From positions 1-64,000 of the IMG/VR virus record IMGVR_UViG_3300017755_003154: DNA of 64,000 nt. One strand, 5' to 3'. Below, one piece after another: positions 17,366-26,750 of this stretch (the stretch's first letter is position 1; every line of letters begins with the position of its first letter). This stretch comes from a virus. The notes under the pieces were generated by a model. It had not been told where the DNA came from. It saw only the letters and a program-made list of their open reading frames with translations, and searched no databases. The position numbers and the translations under genes were made by a program.

Positions 17366-19847
17366 TCTGATCTTCTGCCCATTTTCTTTCTACACACCAA
17401 AAACATTTACCACATGTTTCAACTGGTTCATCTGCATTGTATTTAAACCACCAATAGTCTTTTCCAAGTAAAGGTCCGCCATGTCTTCCATCACCTTCAC
17501 AACTACGTGTGGTAGTATATAAATCAAGTATACCTAAGTCTTTATATTGTTTCACTACCCAGTCTTTTTCTGTAGCAATAAACGGCATGCATTGCCAGTA
17601 ATTATTATAGATACAAGCAAACTCGTCAAATCCAAATGCATTATGGTCACGGTTTAACATTCTATCTTCTGCAGGTACATCCATACTAGGATTTTTTGTT
17701 GTTGCATTAAATATAGCACTATAATTATTCTGTGCCGCCGCAAAGTCATTATAACTTTGCACAATTATTTGATCTCCGCTACGATCATTTACAATATTTC
17801 CTAGTGTACTATGTTCTAATTCTGGTGGTACATAATTAACTAATCTTTCACCTATGATATTTGGCCATTTTTCTTTTAGTGCATTGTATACATTTACACT
17901 AACAGGACCTGCCCAAGGTCTAATAGTCCATACTCGTGAATGTGTAATAACATCTATCTTACAATCTATATTATTTTCATGAATATGTTTACAAAGCAAA
18001 TAAGTTAGTAAACAACTATCGGCTCCACCACTTACATTTACTGCAATTCTTTTCCAGTCCGGATTAAATGGAATGTTCAATCCATCATGTGTAAATTGTT
18101 TGAATCCTGCATTGTGTATTGCTAATTTTAGACCTAATTCTTGTTTTAGTTTTTCTTTATGAAAAGTTTCTTCAATATTCATAACAGCATATCGAGACTG
18201 AGCAAGATAATTATCGTAACGCTTCCAAGCAGTATAATCAGGTCGAGTTTTTAATACATCAAGCATATCTAATTTTTCATCAATCTTTGCTTTACTTTCT
18301 GGACCCATTTCTGGTCTAACCTTTTTTAAGATTTGCGAAATCTCTTCTGCTATATCTTTTAGTTCTTTATCTTCCCAACCTTTAACATCTTCAGGCATTG
18401 GCATTGCAATAAGTTTTTGATACCATTGTCTTAACATATCACCTTTACTATTGCTTGATCTAATTTCTGTTTCTATATCTTTGTCAATATCAGTTTTATT
18501 ATATGGATACATTTCATTATAATCAATATTATTATTCCTTAATAGTGCATTAGGAGTTAACGTATATTTTTTAAAGAATTGATTAAACTGTTGTTTCCAT
18601 AACTTATCCATTTTATTAGCGTAAACAACAAATGCTTCTGCATCATGTTCAGTAGTTTCGTGGTTTAACAAATATGTTTTAATGTGTTCTAAATCTTTAA
18701 AACATCCTTCAATATCTGCAAAGTCTTCACTTCTTTCTCTCCATGATCTATACTTGTCACGATTAGGTTCTAGTCGTCTTTTTCTTTTAAGTCTATGTAA
18801 AGCATCAATAGTATCGTGTATATCACTGAATATACTGTTGCCAAACATTCTATATGCAACTGCTGGATTAATATATCGAGGTGTAAAGACAGTGCTTAAC
18901 GAAACTTCATTTACATCTAGATCGCACAAAGATAATAAAATATTTTTAATATCTAGTATTTGATAGATACTAGTTGTGCATACTGTATCAAGAAAAGTAT
19001 TTTTGTTTATTGCTTTAAATTTAGAAAGATTATCTTTTAAAACGTCCCAATCTCCATCTCTAAAGTAACTATAGATATTTGTTCCTGCATCTACACTTAT
19101 TTTAATTTTTGATGAGCCAAAGGGTTTTAGTAAATCATTTAATACATCTACCTTGAATGGAGCATTAAAATTGCTATGGAAAAATATGTATATATTTTTA
19201 GCATTAGGATGCTGTGCTAAACGTTCTAAAACTGGAAAGAATTGCTTTTGATATAATACTTCACCGCCAGCAAAATCAATTTTTTCTACATTAGGAAAAT
19301 TCTTAATAAGATCATCTGCAATTTGCAATGCATCTGCTTTAGATAATCTAATCTGCTTTTTATCATCAGGTCCTTCTCGGTGCTGAGTTTGTAATAACTG
19401 TTCTAAGTTAAAATCCCAATCATCTTGATCTGGCACATAATTTTTCAATCTACTGCCCCATTGACTGCTATACACTTCACTACAGTGTAAACAAGCCATG
19501 TTACAACTATTACTAAATCGCATTTCAACATGTTTTAAATTGCTAAAATCAATTTCACCAGTTTCAAAATTATAGTTTGTTAGATCTGCTTTATAATCAT
19601 GGCGCATACTTTTAGTTCCTTCCTTCTCTGCTGTTTGACATAGATGACAGTGTTCTGGCCACTCTCCTCTATCTAGTTTTAATCTATATTCTCTAAACCC
19701 TTTACTATTTAAAAATTCACTAGGTACTCCTCCAAAATTTCCAAGTTCTACTAGATGTGCAGAACTAATAGGACAAGTTGTTGCAAATCCATTTTTAAAA
19801 TTTACTCCTCCATGAGCATAATAGCAAGGTAGTTTAGATTCAGGCAT
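17355..19847 (-). CDS. fusion of N-twitch radical SAM domain and QueC-like PP-loop domain
   Basis: CHLC; CNMACLHC; AGGE; C-terminal VSGGADS, TRSC, CGKCFWC. Confidence 0.85.
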   Translation of the reverse strand: MPESKLPCYYAHGGVNFKNGFATTCPISSAHLVELGNFGGVPSEFLNSKGFREYRLKLDRGEWPEHCHLCQTAEKEGTKSMRHDYKADLTNYNFETGEIDFSNLKHVEMRFSNSCNMACLHCSEVYSSQWGSRLKNYVPDQDDWDFNLEQLLQTQHREGPDDKKQIRLSKADALQIADDLIKNFPNVEKIDFAGGEVLYQKQFFPVLERLAQHPNAKNIYIFFHSNFNAPFKVDVLNDLLKPFGSSKIKISVDAGTNIYSYFRDGDWDVLKDNLSKFKAINKNTFLDTVCTTSIYQILDIKNILLSLCDLDVNEVSLSTVFTPRYINPAVAYRMFGNSIFSDIHDTIDALHRLKRKRRLEPNRDKYRSWRERSEDFADIEGCFKDLEHIKTYLLNHETTEHDAEAFVVYANKMDKLWKQQFNQFFKKYTLTPNALLRNNNIDYNEMYPYNKTDIDKDIETEIRSSNSKGDMLRQWYQKLIAMPMPEDVKGWEDKELKDIAEEISQILKKVRPEMGPESKAKIDEKLDMLDVLKTRPDYTAWKRYDNYLAQSRYAVMNIEETFHKEKLKQELGLKLAIHNAGFKQFTHDGLNIPFNPDWKRIAVNVSGGADSCLLTYLLCKHIHENNIDCKIDVITHSRVWTIRPWAGPVSVNVYNALKEKWPNIIGERLVNYVPPELEHSTLGNIVNDRSGDQIIVQSYNDFAAAQNNYSAIFNATTKNPSMDVPAEDRMLNRDHNAFGFDEFACIYNNYWQCMPFIATEKDWVVKQYKDLGILDLYTTTRSCEGDGRHGGPLLGKDYWWFKYNADEPVETCGKCFWCVERKWAEDQNEF

Positions 19848-21012
19848 CTATTGTTCCTAGATATTCTATCTGTTCAGTTTGTAAAAAATCTACATAGTTT
19901 GTATTATACAATCTATCTTGTAATTGTAAAGTATGAAGTAACTTCTTTTTTACTTTAGATCCTACAGTCTCTGCTGTTGCAATACTACGCAATGCTTTTG
20001 CACTTTGTCTAGCATGATGATCTACTAAACTATCCGTTGTATATTCTTTTTCTAACTGAGTTGCTTGTGTATTAAGTATATTTCTAATATTACTATCTGT
20101 ATTGTATGGCGATATTTCAGAATTTTCTGGTTTAAGGTCTTGATCAGTATATACAGGAATGCCAAGTTTAGCACATTGGTGAATTAGATCAGCAATATTT
20201 GTAGTATTGTAGAAAGAAGCAACTAAAGCAACCATTAGATCAATAGTTGGATATTCTGTCAACGATTTAAGATTAGCATAAACTTTAGGCCAAGAAGCAT
20301 TATGTCTAATATAATCATAAACTTTACCTGTACCATCAATACTCAACAATAATTTTACTTTCTTAAATTTTAGAAGTTTTTGAATTAATGGTTTGTTAAA
20401 TTTTGTACCGTTAGTTGTAAGTTGAATTTCTAATCCGTTAGCATAATTATTATCAATTATCCAATCAAGTAACCCCATAAAATATTTACAAGCAGTAGGT
20501 TCACCTCCTGTAACTTTCCATAATTCTAATCCTTCTTTAACAAGTTTTTTTGTCCATTTTACTTTTCTTAAACTTTCATCTTCTGTTACTTCTGCCCAAC
20601 CACTAGCAATCCATGATGGAAATTCAGTTTGATCTTTATACAACTCTTCTAATTGATCGCTATCTGAAGGTTTACACATTCTACATGCAAGATTACATTT
20701 ATTGCTATATGCAATATCAAGATATTTAATTTTTATTTCTTCTGTATATCCAAATCTTTCAAGTGCTAGTTGTCTATGACTTACCGTATTTCTTTCTTCT
20801 TGTACTTTACATTTTTTACAAATTAAGGGCCAGTGTCCGTCTTTCATTTGTTGACGCATTATATCGTACATACGTGTTTTCAGACCTTTTTCGTAGTTCG
20901 CAAACCGCCAAGAGTTTTCTTTTTCAAATACATGACAACAAGGTGTAGGATGTCCTGTAGACCCTATATATTGATGCATGTAAGGTAAAGGACAATATGT
21001 TTTAGATGTCAT
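19840..21012 (-). CDS. radical SAM protein with N-terminal twitch/SPASM-like domain
   Basis: CPLP..PCC..CKKC; CNLACRMC; TGGEP; SIDG..YIR. Confidence 0.9.
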   Translation of the reverse strand: MTSKTYCPLPYMHQYIGSTGHPTPCCHVFEKENSWRFANYEKGLKTRMYDIMRQQMKDGHWPLICKKCKVQEERNTVSHRQLALERFGYTEEIKIKYLDIAYSNKCNLACRMCKPSDSDQLEELYKDQTEFPSWIASGWAEVTEDESLRKVKWTKKLVKEGLELWKVTGGEPTACKYFMGLLDWIIDNNYANGLEIQLTTNGTKFNKPLIQKLLKFKKVKLLLSIDGTGKVYDYIRHNASWPKVYANLKSLTEYPTIDLMVALVASFYNTTNIADLIHQCAKLGIPVYTDQDLKPENSEISPYNTDSNIRNILNTQATQLEKEYTTDSLVDHHARQSAKALRSIATAETVGSKVKKKLLHTLQLQDRLYNTNYVDFLQTEQIEYLGTIDA

Positions 21013-22414
21013 TAAAAATGTCCTTCATTTCTGGAAATGTTTCTGCGAAGGAAATACTACGTTGCGTGTCACACAAAGTTAAAAATTCTTTCATCTCTGG
21101 TAATCGTCTAGACCAGTCTTCACTTTCCATAAATTGTAGCATACCATTTAGTCTGCTGATGCCATAACTAGCATTACGCCATTTATCGTAATCAACTTTA
21201 CCTTTATGCCAACTAGGTACTCCTTTTTCCCAATTTGCTTCCCACCACGGATACCATGCTTCGTATTTTTTTCTGCATTTTTCTTTAAACCATTTAGGCA
21301 AAATTTTAACATTAAGATGTGGTGGATGATAAACAAAATGATAATTTATTGCTCCTGCTCCAAACGGCCACATATTAATTTTTTTAAAACCTTGTTCTAG
21401 TTTCCATTGAATAAAATCTGGCAAGTAATATATGTTTAGTGCTTGTACTGCACAAGCAACTGTTACTTCTGTGTTGTTAGGTGTTTCGTTATCTAGTATA
21501 TGAAACACTTCTTCTTGACGTTTCCAATTACTAGGGTAGCGAATATAATCGTTCATTTCTTTAATACTATCAATTGAATAATGAAAACGCACTAGTTTAA
21601 ATTCTTTCCATAAGTCAAACAAGTCATCACGCCATTCAACACCATTTGAATTATAACGTAATTCTAAATCTTTTGCATAACCCATTTTAATTGCATGTTC
21701 AAGTATTTCGTAGTGTTCTTCAATAATAAGACTTTCACCGCCTGCAAAATATATTTGTTGCATACTTGGCATTTGCTCATAAAACTGTTTCCAAAATGTA
21801 GGATTTTGTTTGTGCCAATTGTAACTACTGCCGTTAAAACTTCCTTTGTCTTTCCATTGCATTGTTTCTTTTAGGCTTTCATCTTGCACTGCTGGAAAAA
21901 TTGCTTTGTAATCTTTTATCCAACCACTTGAATCGTGTGGTGAACACATAACACAAGCAAGTTGACATTTGGTTCCAAAACGTAAATCAATATATGCTAA
22001 TTGTGGAGGTACTGATCCATCTTCTTTTGTATCTGCAACAATTTTGTCAACATCAACTCTTTGAGCCCAATACGCTGTTTCCCACATACGCTTTGAATTA
22101 TGGCCTGCGGCTTCTTCCTTGTAACACTTAATACAACTTGGAGGCATTTCACCATTAAGCATTTGCTTACGCACATTCTTCATATATGTACTGTTCCACG
22201 CTGTTTCAAAGTCACTAACATTTAAGTTGTTAGGTCTTCCTTGTTCATCTTTTAATATGCCAACTTGTCCTCCATGTTCTTTATCATTTGTAGGACCAAC
22301 TGAACTTGCATTTGCTGTACAGCATACTCGCATACTACCGTCAGGTCTAGTACTTAAATGTACCCAAGGTAGTAAGCAGAATGTTTCTGAGGGATATTTT
22401 GTTTTTTCTGTCAT
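21002..22414 (-). CDS. radical SAM protein with N-terminal twitch/SPASM-like domain
   Basis: CLLPW..VCC..CIKC; CQLACVMC; AGGES; SIDS..YIRYP. Confidence 0.9.
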   Translation of the reverse strand: MTEKTKYPSETFCLLPWVHLSTRPDGSMRVCCTANASSVGPTNDKEHGGQVGILKDEQGRPNNLNVSDFETAWNSTYMKNVRKQMLNGEMPPSCIKCYKEEAAGHNSKRMWETAYWAQRVDVDKIVADTKEDGSVPPQLAYIDLRFGTKCQLACVMCSPHDSSGWIKDYKAIFPAVQDESLKETMQWKDKGSFNGSSYNWHKQNPTFWKQFYEQMPSMQQIYFAGGESLIIEEHYEILEHAIKMGYAKDLELRYNSNGVEWRDDLFDLWKEFKLVRFHYSIDSIKEMNDYIRYPSNWKRQEEVFHILDNETPNNTEVTVACAVQALNIYYLPDFIQWKLEQGFKKINMWPFGAGAINYHFVYHPPHLNVKILPKWFKEKCRKKYEAWYPWWEANWEKGVPSWHKGKVDYDKWRNASYGISRLNGMLQFMESEDWSRRLPEMKEFLTLCDTQRSISFAETFPEMKDIFNDI

Positions 22415-22425
22415 TATATATGTAC

Positions 22426-23487
22426 TTATCTCATGGTTTCTTCATGTATCTGATTGTTGATAGTGCTAATAATATTTTGTTTACAATGGTGTACACACTT
22501 ATCAAATATTTCTGTTTGTATTGTATCATGTAAATTACTGTACCAAGGTGAGTCTAAAATTTCCTGAAAGTTTTTTCCGTTACCAAGGTGAATGTCTTTA
22601 AAATTGTATTTTTTATTATAGGTCTTTTCTAAATCTGTTATATGTGCTTCTGTACCCCACCAACAGCAAGGAAGCACTGCTCCTTTTACTGTTATATACA
22701 ATCCTGAATCTAATCCAAAGTAATCTGGTCTTTGAAGTGCTTTACATACAATTTTCTTTGTTGTTTTCTTTGTATCTAATTCATGTTTGCCTGTGCCTGG
22801 AGTTACAATCTTATGTATTCTTGACTTTGTGCCTCTAAATTTTATACGCTCAAATCCTTCATCAATACTCCGTTGCCTTGCTAGTTCATCTTGATGTTCG
22901 TTGTGTTTAAAATATATAAACTGCCAACTTGCTCTACCGCCTGCGGCAATGTATGTTCTAAAATTTTCTTGTAGTTTATTCCAGTCTACATTTCTTCTAT
23001 ATAAATGATTAGTGTCTTCTAATCCATCAATACCAAAAATTACATTCAATCGTTGTATTGTTCCTGGATTTGTAGTGCCGCGCCGAGGTGCTTTTAAATA
23101 TTGATATTTGTCGGCAAGTTTTCCTAGTTTCCTCCAAAAATCTTTATTCCTTGTACCACCATTAGTAGCAATGTTAACTTGTAATTGCCGACTAAATATT
23201 CCGCTTTCAAAAATCCATTCAATAATATCTAAAAGGTGAGGATTTGTAGTTGGTTCGTCATAGTTACCGCAAAAATCAATTAGTCTTAGACTCCAAAAAA
23301 AGTCTCCGTTGTCAAACCATTTTTTAAATGTTTCTAAACTTACATATGTGTCGTTAATTCCAATATGTTGTTTGTCATCTTTTGTTATGCTTTTTTCTCT
23401 CGCACACGCCGGGCACCTAGCATTACAATAGTTGCTTATTTCTAATTGTATTTTTTTAACTTCTTTTATATTAGCAGGCCAACTCAT
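22426..23487 (-). CDS. radical SAM protein with C-terminal twitch/SPASM-like domain
   Basis: CNARCPAC; FCGNYDEP; IDGL..NHLYR; C..PCC..CVHHC. Confidence 0.9.
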   Translation of the reverse strand: MSWPANIKEVKKIQLEISNYCNARCPACAREKSITKDDKQHIGINDTYVSLETFKKWFDNGDFFWSLRLIDFCGNYDEPTTNPHLLDIIEWIFESGIFSRQLQVNIATNGGTRNKDFWRKLGKLADKYQYLKAPRRGTTNPGTIQRLNVIFGIDGLEDTNHLYRRNVDWNKLQENFRTYIAAGGRASWQFIYFKHNEHQDELARQRSIDEGFERIKFRGTKSRIHKIVTPGTGKHELDTKKTTKKIVCKALQRPDYFGLDSGLYITVKGAVLPCCWWGTEAHITDLEKTYNKKYNFKDIHLGNGKNFQEILDSPWYSNLHDTIQTEIFDKCVHHCKQNIISTINNQIHEETMR

Positions 23488-24143
23488 TTATATCTTCCGA
23501 ATCCCCAGTACCTTTCTCGGCACCACCAACACTCTTCGCAATGTTTTTCTATATTATATTTTTCATGTTTTTCCCATGCTTCGCAACTACGAGTAATTGG
23601 AAATAATGTATCCATAACTCCTAGTGTATTATAAAGTTCTGCAACACCCTTCTTATCAATATTAACTAATGGATTTCTTGTTAGCCTATTTTTAGTAGGA
23701 AATTTTTTTCCATTCCTGTTATCTGATGGACCTGTATGCGGTAACCATTGTCTATATATTTTTTTAGGAGGATTAGAAGTAATGCCACTATATATAATCT
23801 TTGCTGGCGTATTAGCCCTTGTTTCATCAACCAATGTATCTTGTGACGAAACATACTTGTTCAATTGGCTTGCATGACTTGTTTGATGTTCTACAAATAT
23901 ATCTCCAAACTCGTTTTTTAAAAATTCTAGTACACGTTTAGCATATATTAATTGATATTGTTTCCCTGCAAGTGTAGTTGTAATAGGCATAATCTTAATA
24001 TCAGGTCTTTCTTCTACAACAAATTTTGATAACATATAACCAACAATAGCACTATCAGCGCCTCCGGAAACTTTATATCCTAAAGTTGTTGTTGATTCGT
24101 CTTCGACTATGTGTATATCTTGTTGGCTATTTTTAATAATCAT
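23484..24143 (-). CDS. QueC-like PP-loop ATP pyrophosphatase
   Basis: VSGGADS PP-loop; NPLVNIDKK; TRSC..CEECWWC. Start set at 24143 (ATGA overlap). Confidence 0.7.
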   Translation of the reverse strand: MIIKNSQQDIHIVEDESTTTLGYKVSGGADSAIVGYMLSKFVVEERPDIKIMPITTTLAGKQYQLIYAKRVLEFLKNEFGDIFVEHQTSHASQLNKYVSSQDTLVDETRANTPAKIIYSGITSNPPKKIYRQWLPHTGPSDNRNGKKFPTKNRLTRNPLVNIDKKGVAELYNTLGVMDTLFPITRSCEAWEKHEKYNIEKHCEECWWCRERYWGFGRYK

Positions 24144-24712
24144 AATTTTATACACTCCACGTTAGTATATTTTTGGATTATATCACATCTACCTTGTATC
24201 CTGTATAATCCAAATTTAATATATAAAATATCTCCACAATTAATTCTTCTTGTTGATCCTATGTAATCATGGTTAATATAGTAGTCAACGTTTATTGATT
24301 TATTATTAGTATATTCTACGTCTGCTTTTAAATTAAATTTTAATTCTGCTGGTACTGGATTGTGATCTTTTATAGCAGGAAACGAATTAATATTAAAATG
24401 TCCGTTTACAATGTTAAGCATACTAGGAGGTATTCCGGGATCATCACACCCATCATGTATTTGGAATACTGTAGCCCGGTGAGCATGAAATACTATGGGT
24501 GTTATAAATTCTACATCTGCTGAAAAATGATACTTACCAATTGCTAACTTACGTGTTGTTACTTCGTTACGCTCTTTATAGTCTGCTATTTTTATACCAC
24601 GCTCGTATTGAGGTTTATCATCTGTGTCTACAGTACCTTTTGCGTTTCTAAAAACATATGTATTGCCATCCTGCTCATATGTGCTGGACCATACTGGAAA
24701 AAAGTCTATCAT
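24140..24712 (-). CDS. polysaccharide-lyase-like beta-jelly-roll protein
   Basis: ERNE, FQIH and YIKFGLYR resemble the RxE, QxH and YFKxGxY motifs of PL7-type lyases. Confidence 0.55.
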   Translation of the reverse strand: MIDFFPVWSSTYEQDGNTYVFRNAKGTVDTDDKPQYERGIKIADYKERNEVTTRKLAIGKYHFSADVEFITPIVFHAHRATVFQIHDGCDDPGIPPSMLNIVNGHFNINSFPAIKDHNPVPAELKFNLKADVEYTNNKSINVDYYINHDYIGSTRRINCGDILYIKFGLYRIQGRCDIIQKYTNVECIKL

Positions 24713-25665
24713 AATTTCTCCTTAACAAATTTATCTCTTATCTTTTCTGCACAAGTACTTTCACACTTAGGAATACGCACATCGTCAGTCCAACTGTCTT
24801 TGATACCATTCCAAACTTTACTATTCATTGCTTGATCTAAAGTTACATTTTTAAGATTGATATCATACATGTAATCATGCTGTGTAAGTAAATCTTCAAA
24901 CTTATCTTTATGCTTACCACTAACAGGAAATTCTAACATTTTGCTATTCAAATGACAGCATGGAATAACATTACCCATATGATTTACAAATATACGTTTT
25001 TGATTTGCGTACTTACAACTAATACATGCACGTTCTCCAGGATTACGATCTGCTTTTGCTCTTTTATGTTTAACTTCTTTAGTATCTTTACGATGACTAA
25101 TAATAGTTTTGAAATCTCTGAAGCCTTCGTCTTTAGCCATTTGCTTTGCAGTTTCTAGTTGATGTTCGTTATGTTCAAAACTAATAAACTGCCAAACACT
25201 TTGTCCGCCAGCGGCAATAAACGCCTTAAAATTTTGTTGTACTTTCTTAAAACTTGAACCTTCTCTGTATACTTCTGATAGTTCATCACTTCCGTCAATA
25301 CCCCAAGTCACTCTATGACTGCATGTTAATTCTTTTGCTAGTTTTTCCCACCACGCTGTAGTGCGTAAACTTCCATTAGTAGCAATATTAATATGACATC
25401 CCCAACTAGCAAAGTGTTTAATAATTTCATGGAACTGAGGATGACTGCACGGTTCGTCTACACTGCCACAAAAATTAATAATCTTCATATTTGGAAACAT
25501 ATGTTTTTGGAACTTTTCTTTTATAGTATCCAAGTCAAGATATGTTTTATTAAGTATGTCGTCTTTATAATCTGATAGCACACGAAAACAGCCTTTGCAT
25601 TTAATATTACAAAAACTTGTAAGTTCGATATCAATCCATTCTAATGTTTCACTTGACCATGTCAT
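24709..25665 (-). CDS. radical SAM protein with C-terminal twitch/SPASM-like domain
   Basis: CNIKCKGC; FCGSVDEP; IDG..YR; C..PCC..CESTC. Start set at 25665 (ATGA overlap). Confidence 0.9.
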   Translation of the reverse strand: MTWSSETLEWIDIELTSFCNIKCKGCFRVLSDYKDDILNKTYLDLDTIKEKFQKHMFPNMKIINFCGSVDEPCSHPQFHEIIKHFASWGCHINIATNGSLRTTAWWEKLAKELTCSHRVTWGIDGSDELSEVYREGSSFKKVQQNFKAFIAAGGQSVWQFISFEHNEHQLETAKQMAKDEGFRDFKTIISHRKDTKEVKHKRAKADRNPGERACISCKYANQKRIFVNHMGNVIPCCHLNSKMLEFPVSGKHKDKFEDLLTQHDYMYDINLKNVTLDQAMNSKVWNGIKDSWTDDVRIPKCESTCAEKIRDKFVKEKL

Positions 25666-26750
25666 TCGAAGCACCATCCTATTATTTTTTTACTATCTGT
25701 TTTACGTTTTACATCTAAGTCTAATAAAAATTGTTGCATCTTTTTATTATATTCATCGTCATATGCGTAGTCGCTACAAAAATGTTTTAACTCAGGTACA
25801 GTAGTAGTTTCTAAAACTTTTTCTACAACACTTGGTTTTAAACAGTTAATTCTCAAATGGCGAGGAGCATGAAGTTTATGTATATCATATCTGCCATTCC
25901 ATCTATCTTTAATATTACTAACAAGAGTATCAATGTTAGGTAAATTCATTGCTTGTACAGTTATATTAAAGTATATGTCTTCAGTATCAAGTTGCATTAA
26001 TTCATCTGTTTGTTCTATAAAAGTATTATGATTAGTAGGAAATCTAATTAATTCATTTACATCACCCCAACCATCTATACTCATACTAAATTCTAATCTT
26101 TTAAACTTTGATAAAATATTTAAAAATTTTGGAGTATTACTTATACCGTTAGTTTGAATCTGTATCCTAGTATTTTCACAATTCCATTTGTGCTTAGATA
26201 AGTCACCTAAAAATTTATGTACATTTTTCATATAAAAAGGTTCGCCACCTGCTATATAAATGTATTCTGCCTTATCTACAACTTTTGTATAGACCCAATC
26301 CCAGTCAATATCTTCTCGTACTCTTCCAATATCTCTTAATTTATAATTATACTTCTGCCATATTTCTGCATCTTCCATCCATTTGCTACTATTTGCAGGA
26401 TTGCACATTGCACATTTTAAATTACATGTGTTACTAGGTCTTAGATCCCATCTAATAATACCTTTGTCAAAACCTTTTTGTAAACTACGCTTTCGTTTGC
26501 TTTCTTTGCCTAGTTCTTCATTCCTTATGCAATCTATACACTCTGGACGTTTCCAGTTTGTAGCAAATTTTTGTCTTATAGCATTAATATAAGGATTAGA
26601 TAATAAGTCTTCAATATTTTTTACACCAGTTACCTCATCATTTTTAAAGAGACAACATGGTTGTGCATTATATCCTTGGTCAGTGAGTTCTACATATAAA
26701 CTATTCACTGATTCTAAGCACTTATATTGCTTCAACTTTTTCATTTTCAT
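25662..26750 (-). CDS. radical SAM protein with N-terminal twitch/SPASM-like domain
   Basis: C..PCC..CIDC; CNLKCAMC; AGGEP; SIDG..IRFP. Confidence 0.9.
   Translation of the reverse strand: MKMKKLKQYKCLESVNSLYVELTDQGYNAQPCCLFKNDEVTGVKNIEDLLSNPYINAIRQKFATNWKRPECIDCIRNEELGKESKRKRSLQKGFDKGIIRWDLRPSNTCNLKCAMCNPANSSKWMEDAEIWQKYNYKLRDIGRVREDIDWDWVYTKVVDKAEYIYIAGGEPFYMKNVHKFLGDLSKHKWNCENTRIQIQTNGISNTPKFLNILSKFKRLEFSMSIDGWGDVNELIRFPTNHNTFIEQTDELMQLDTEDIYFNITVQAMNLPNIDTLVSNIKDRWNGRYDIHKLHAPRHLRINCLKPSVVEKVLETTTVPELKHFCSDYAYDDEYNKKMQQFLLDLDVKRKTDSKKIIGWCFE

Noticed and set aside
12663-24143. Calling queC/queE and a 7-deazaguanine DNA modification pathway
   Set aside because: Only fold-level motifs are shared; the radical SAM proteins have extra Cys domains unlike QueE, and folE, queD and dpdA are not visible.
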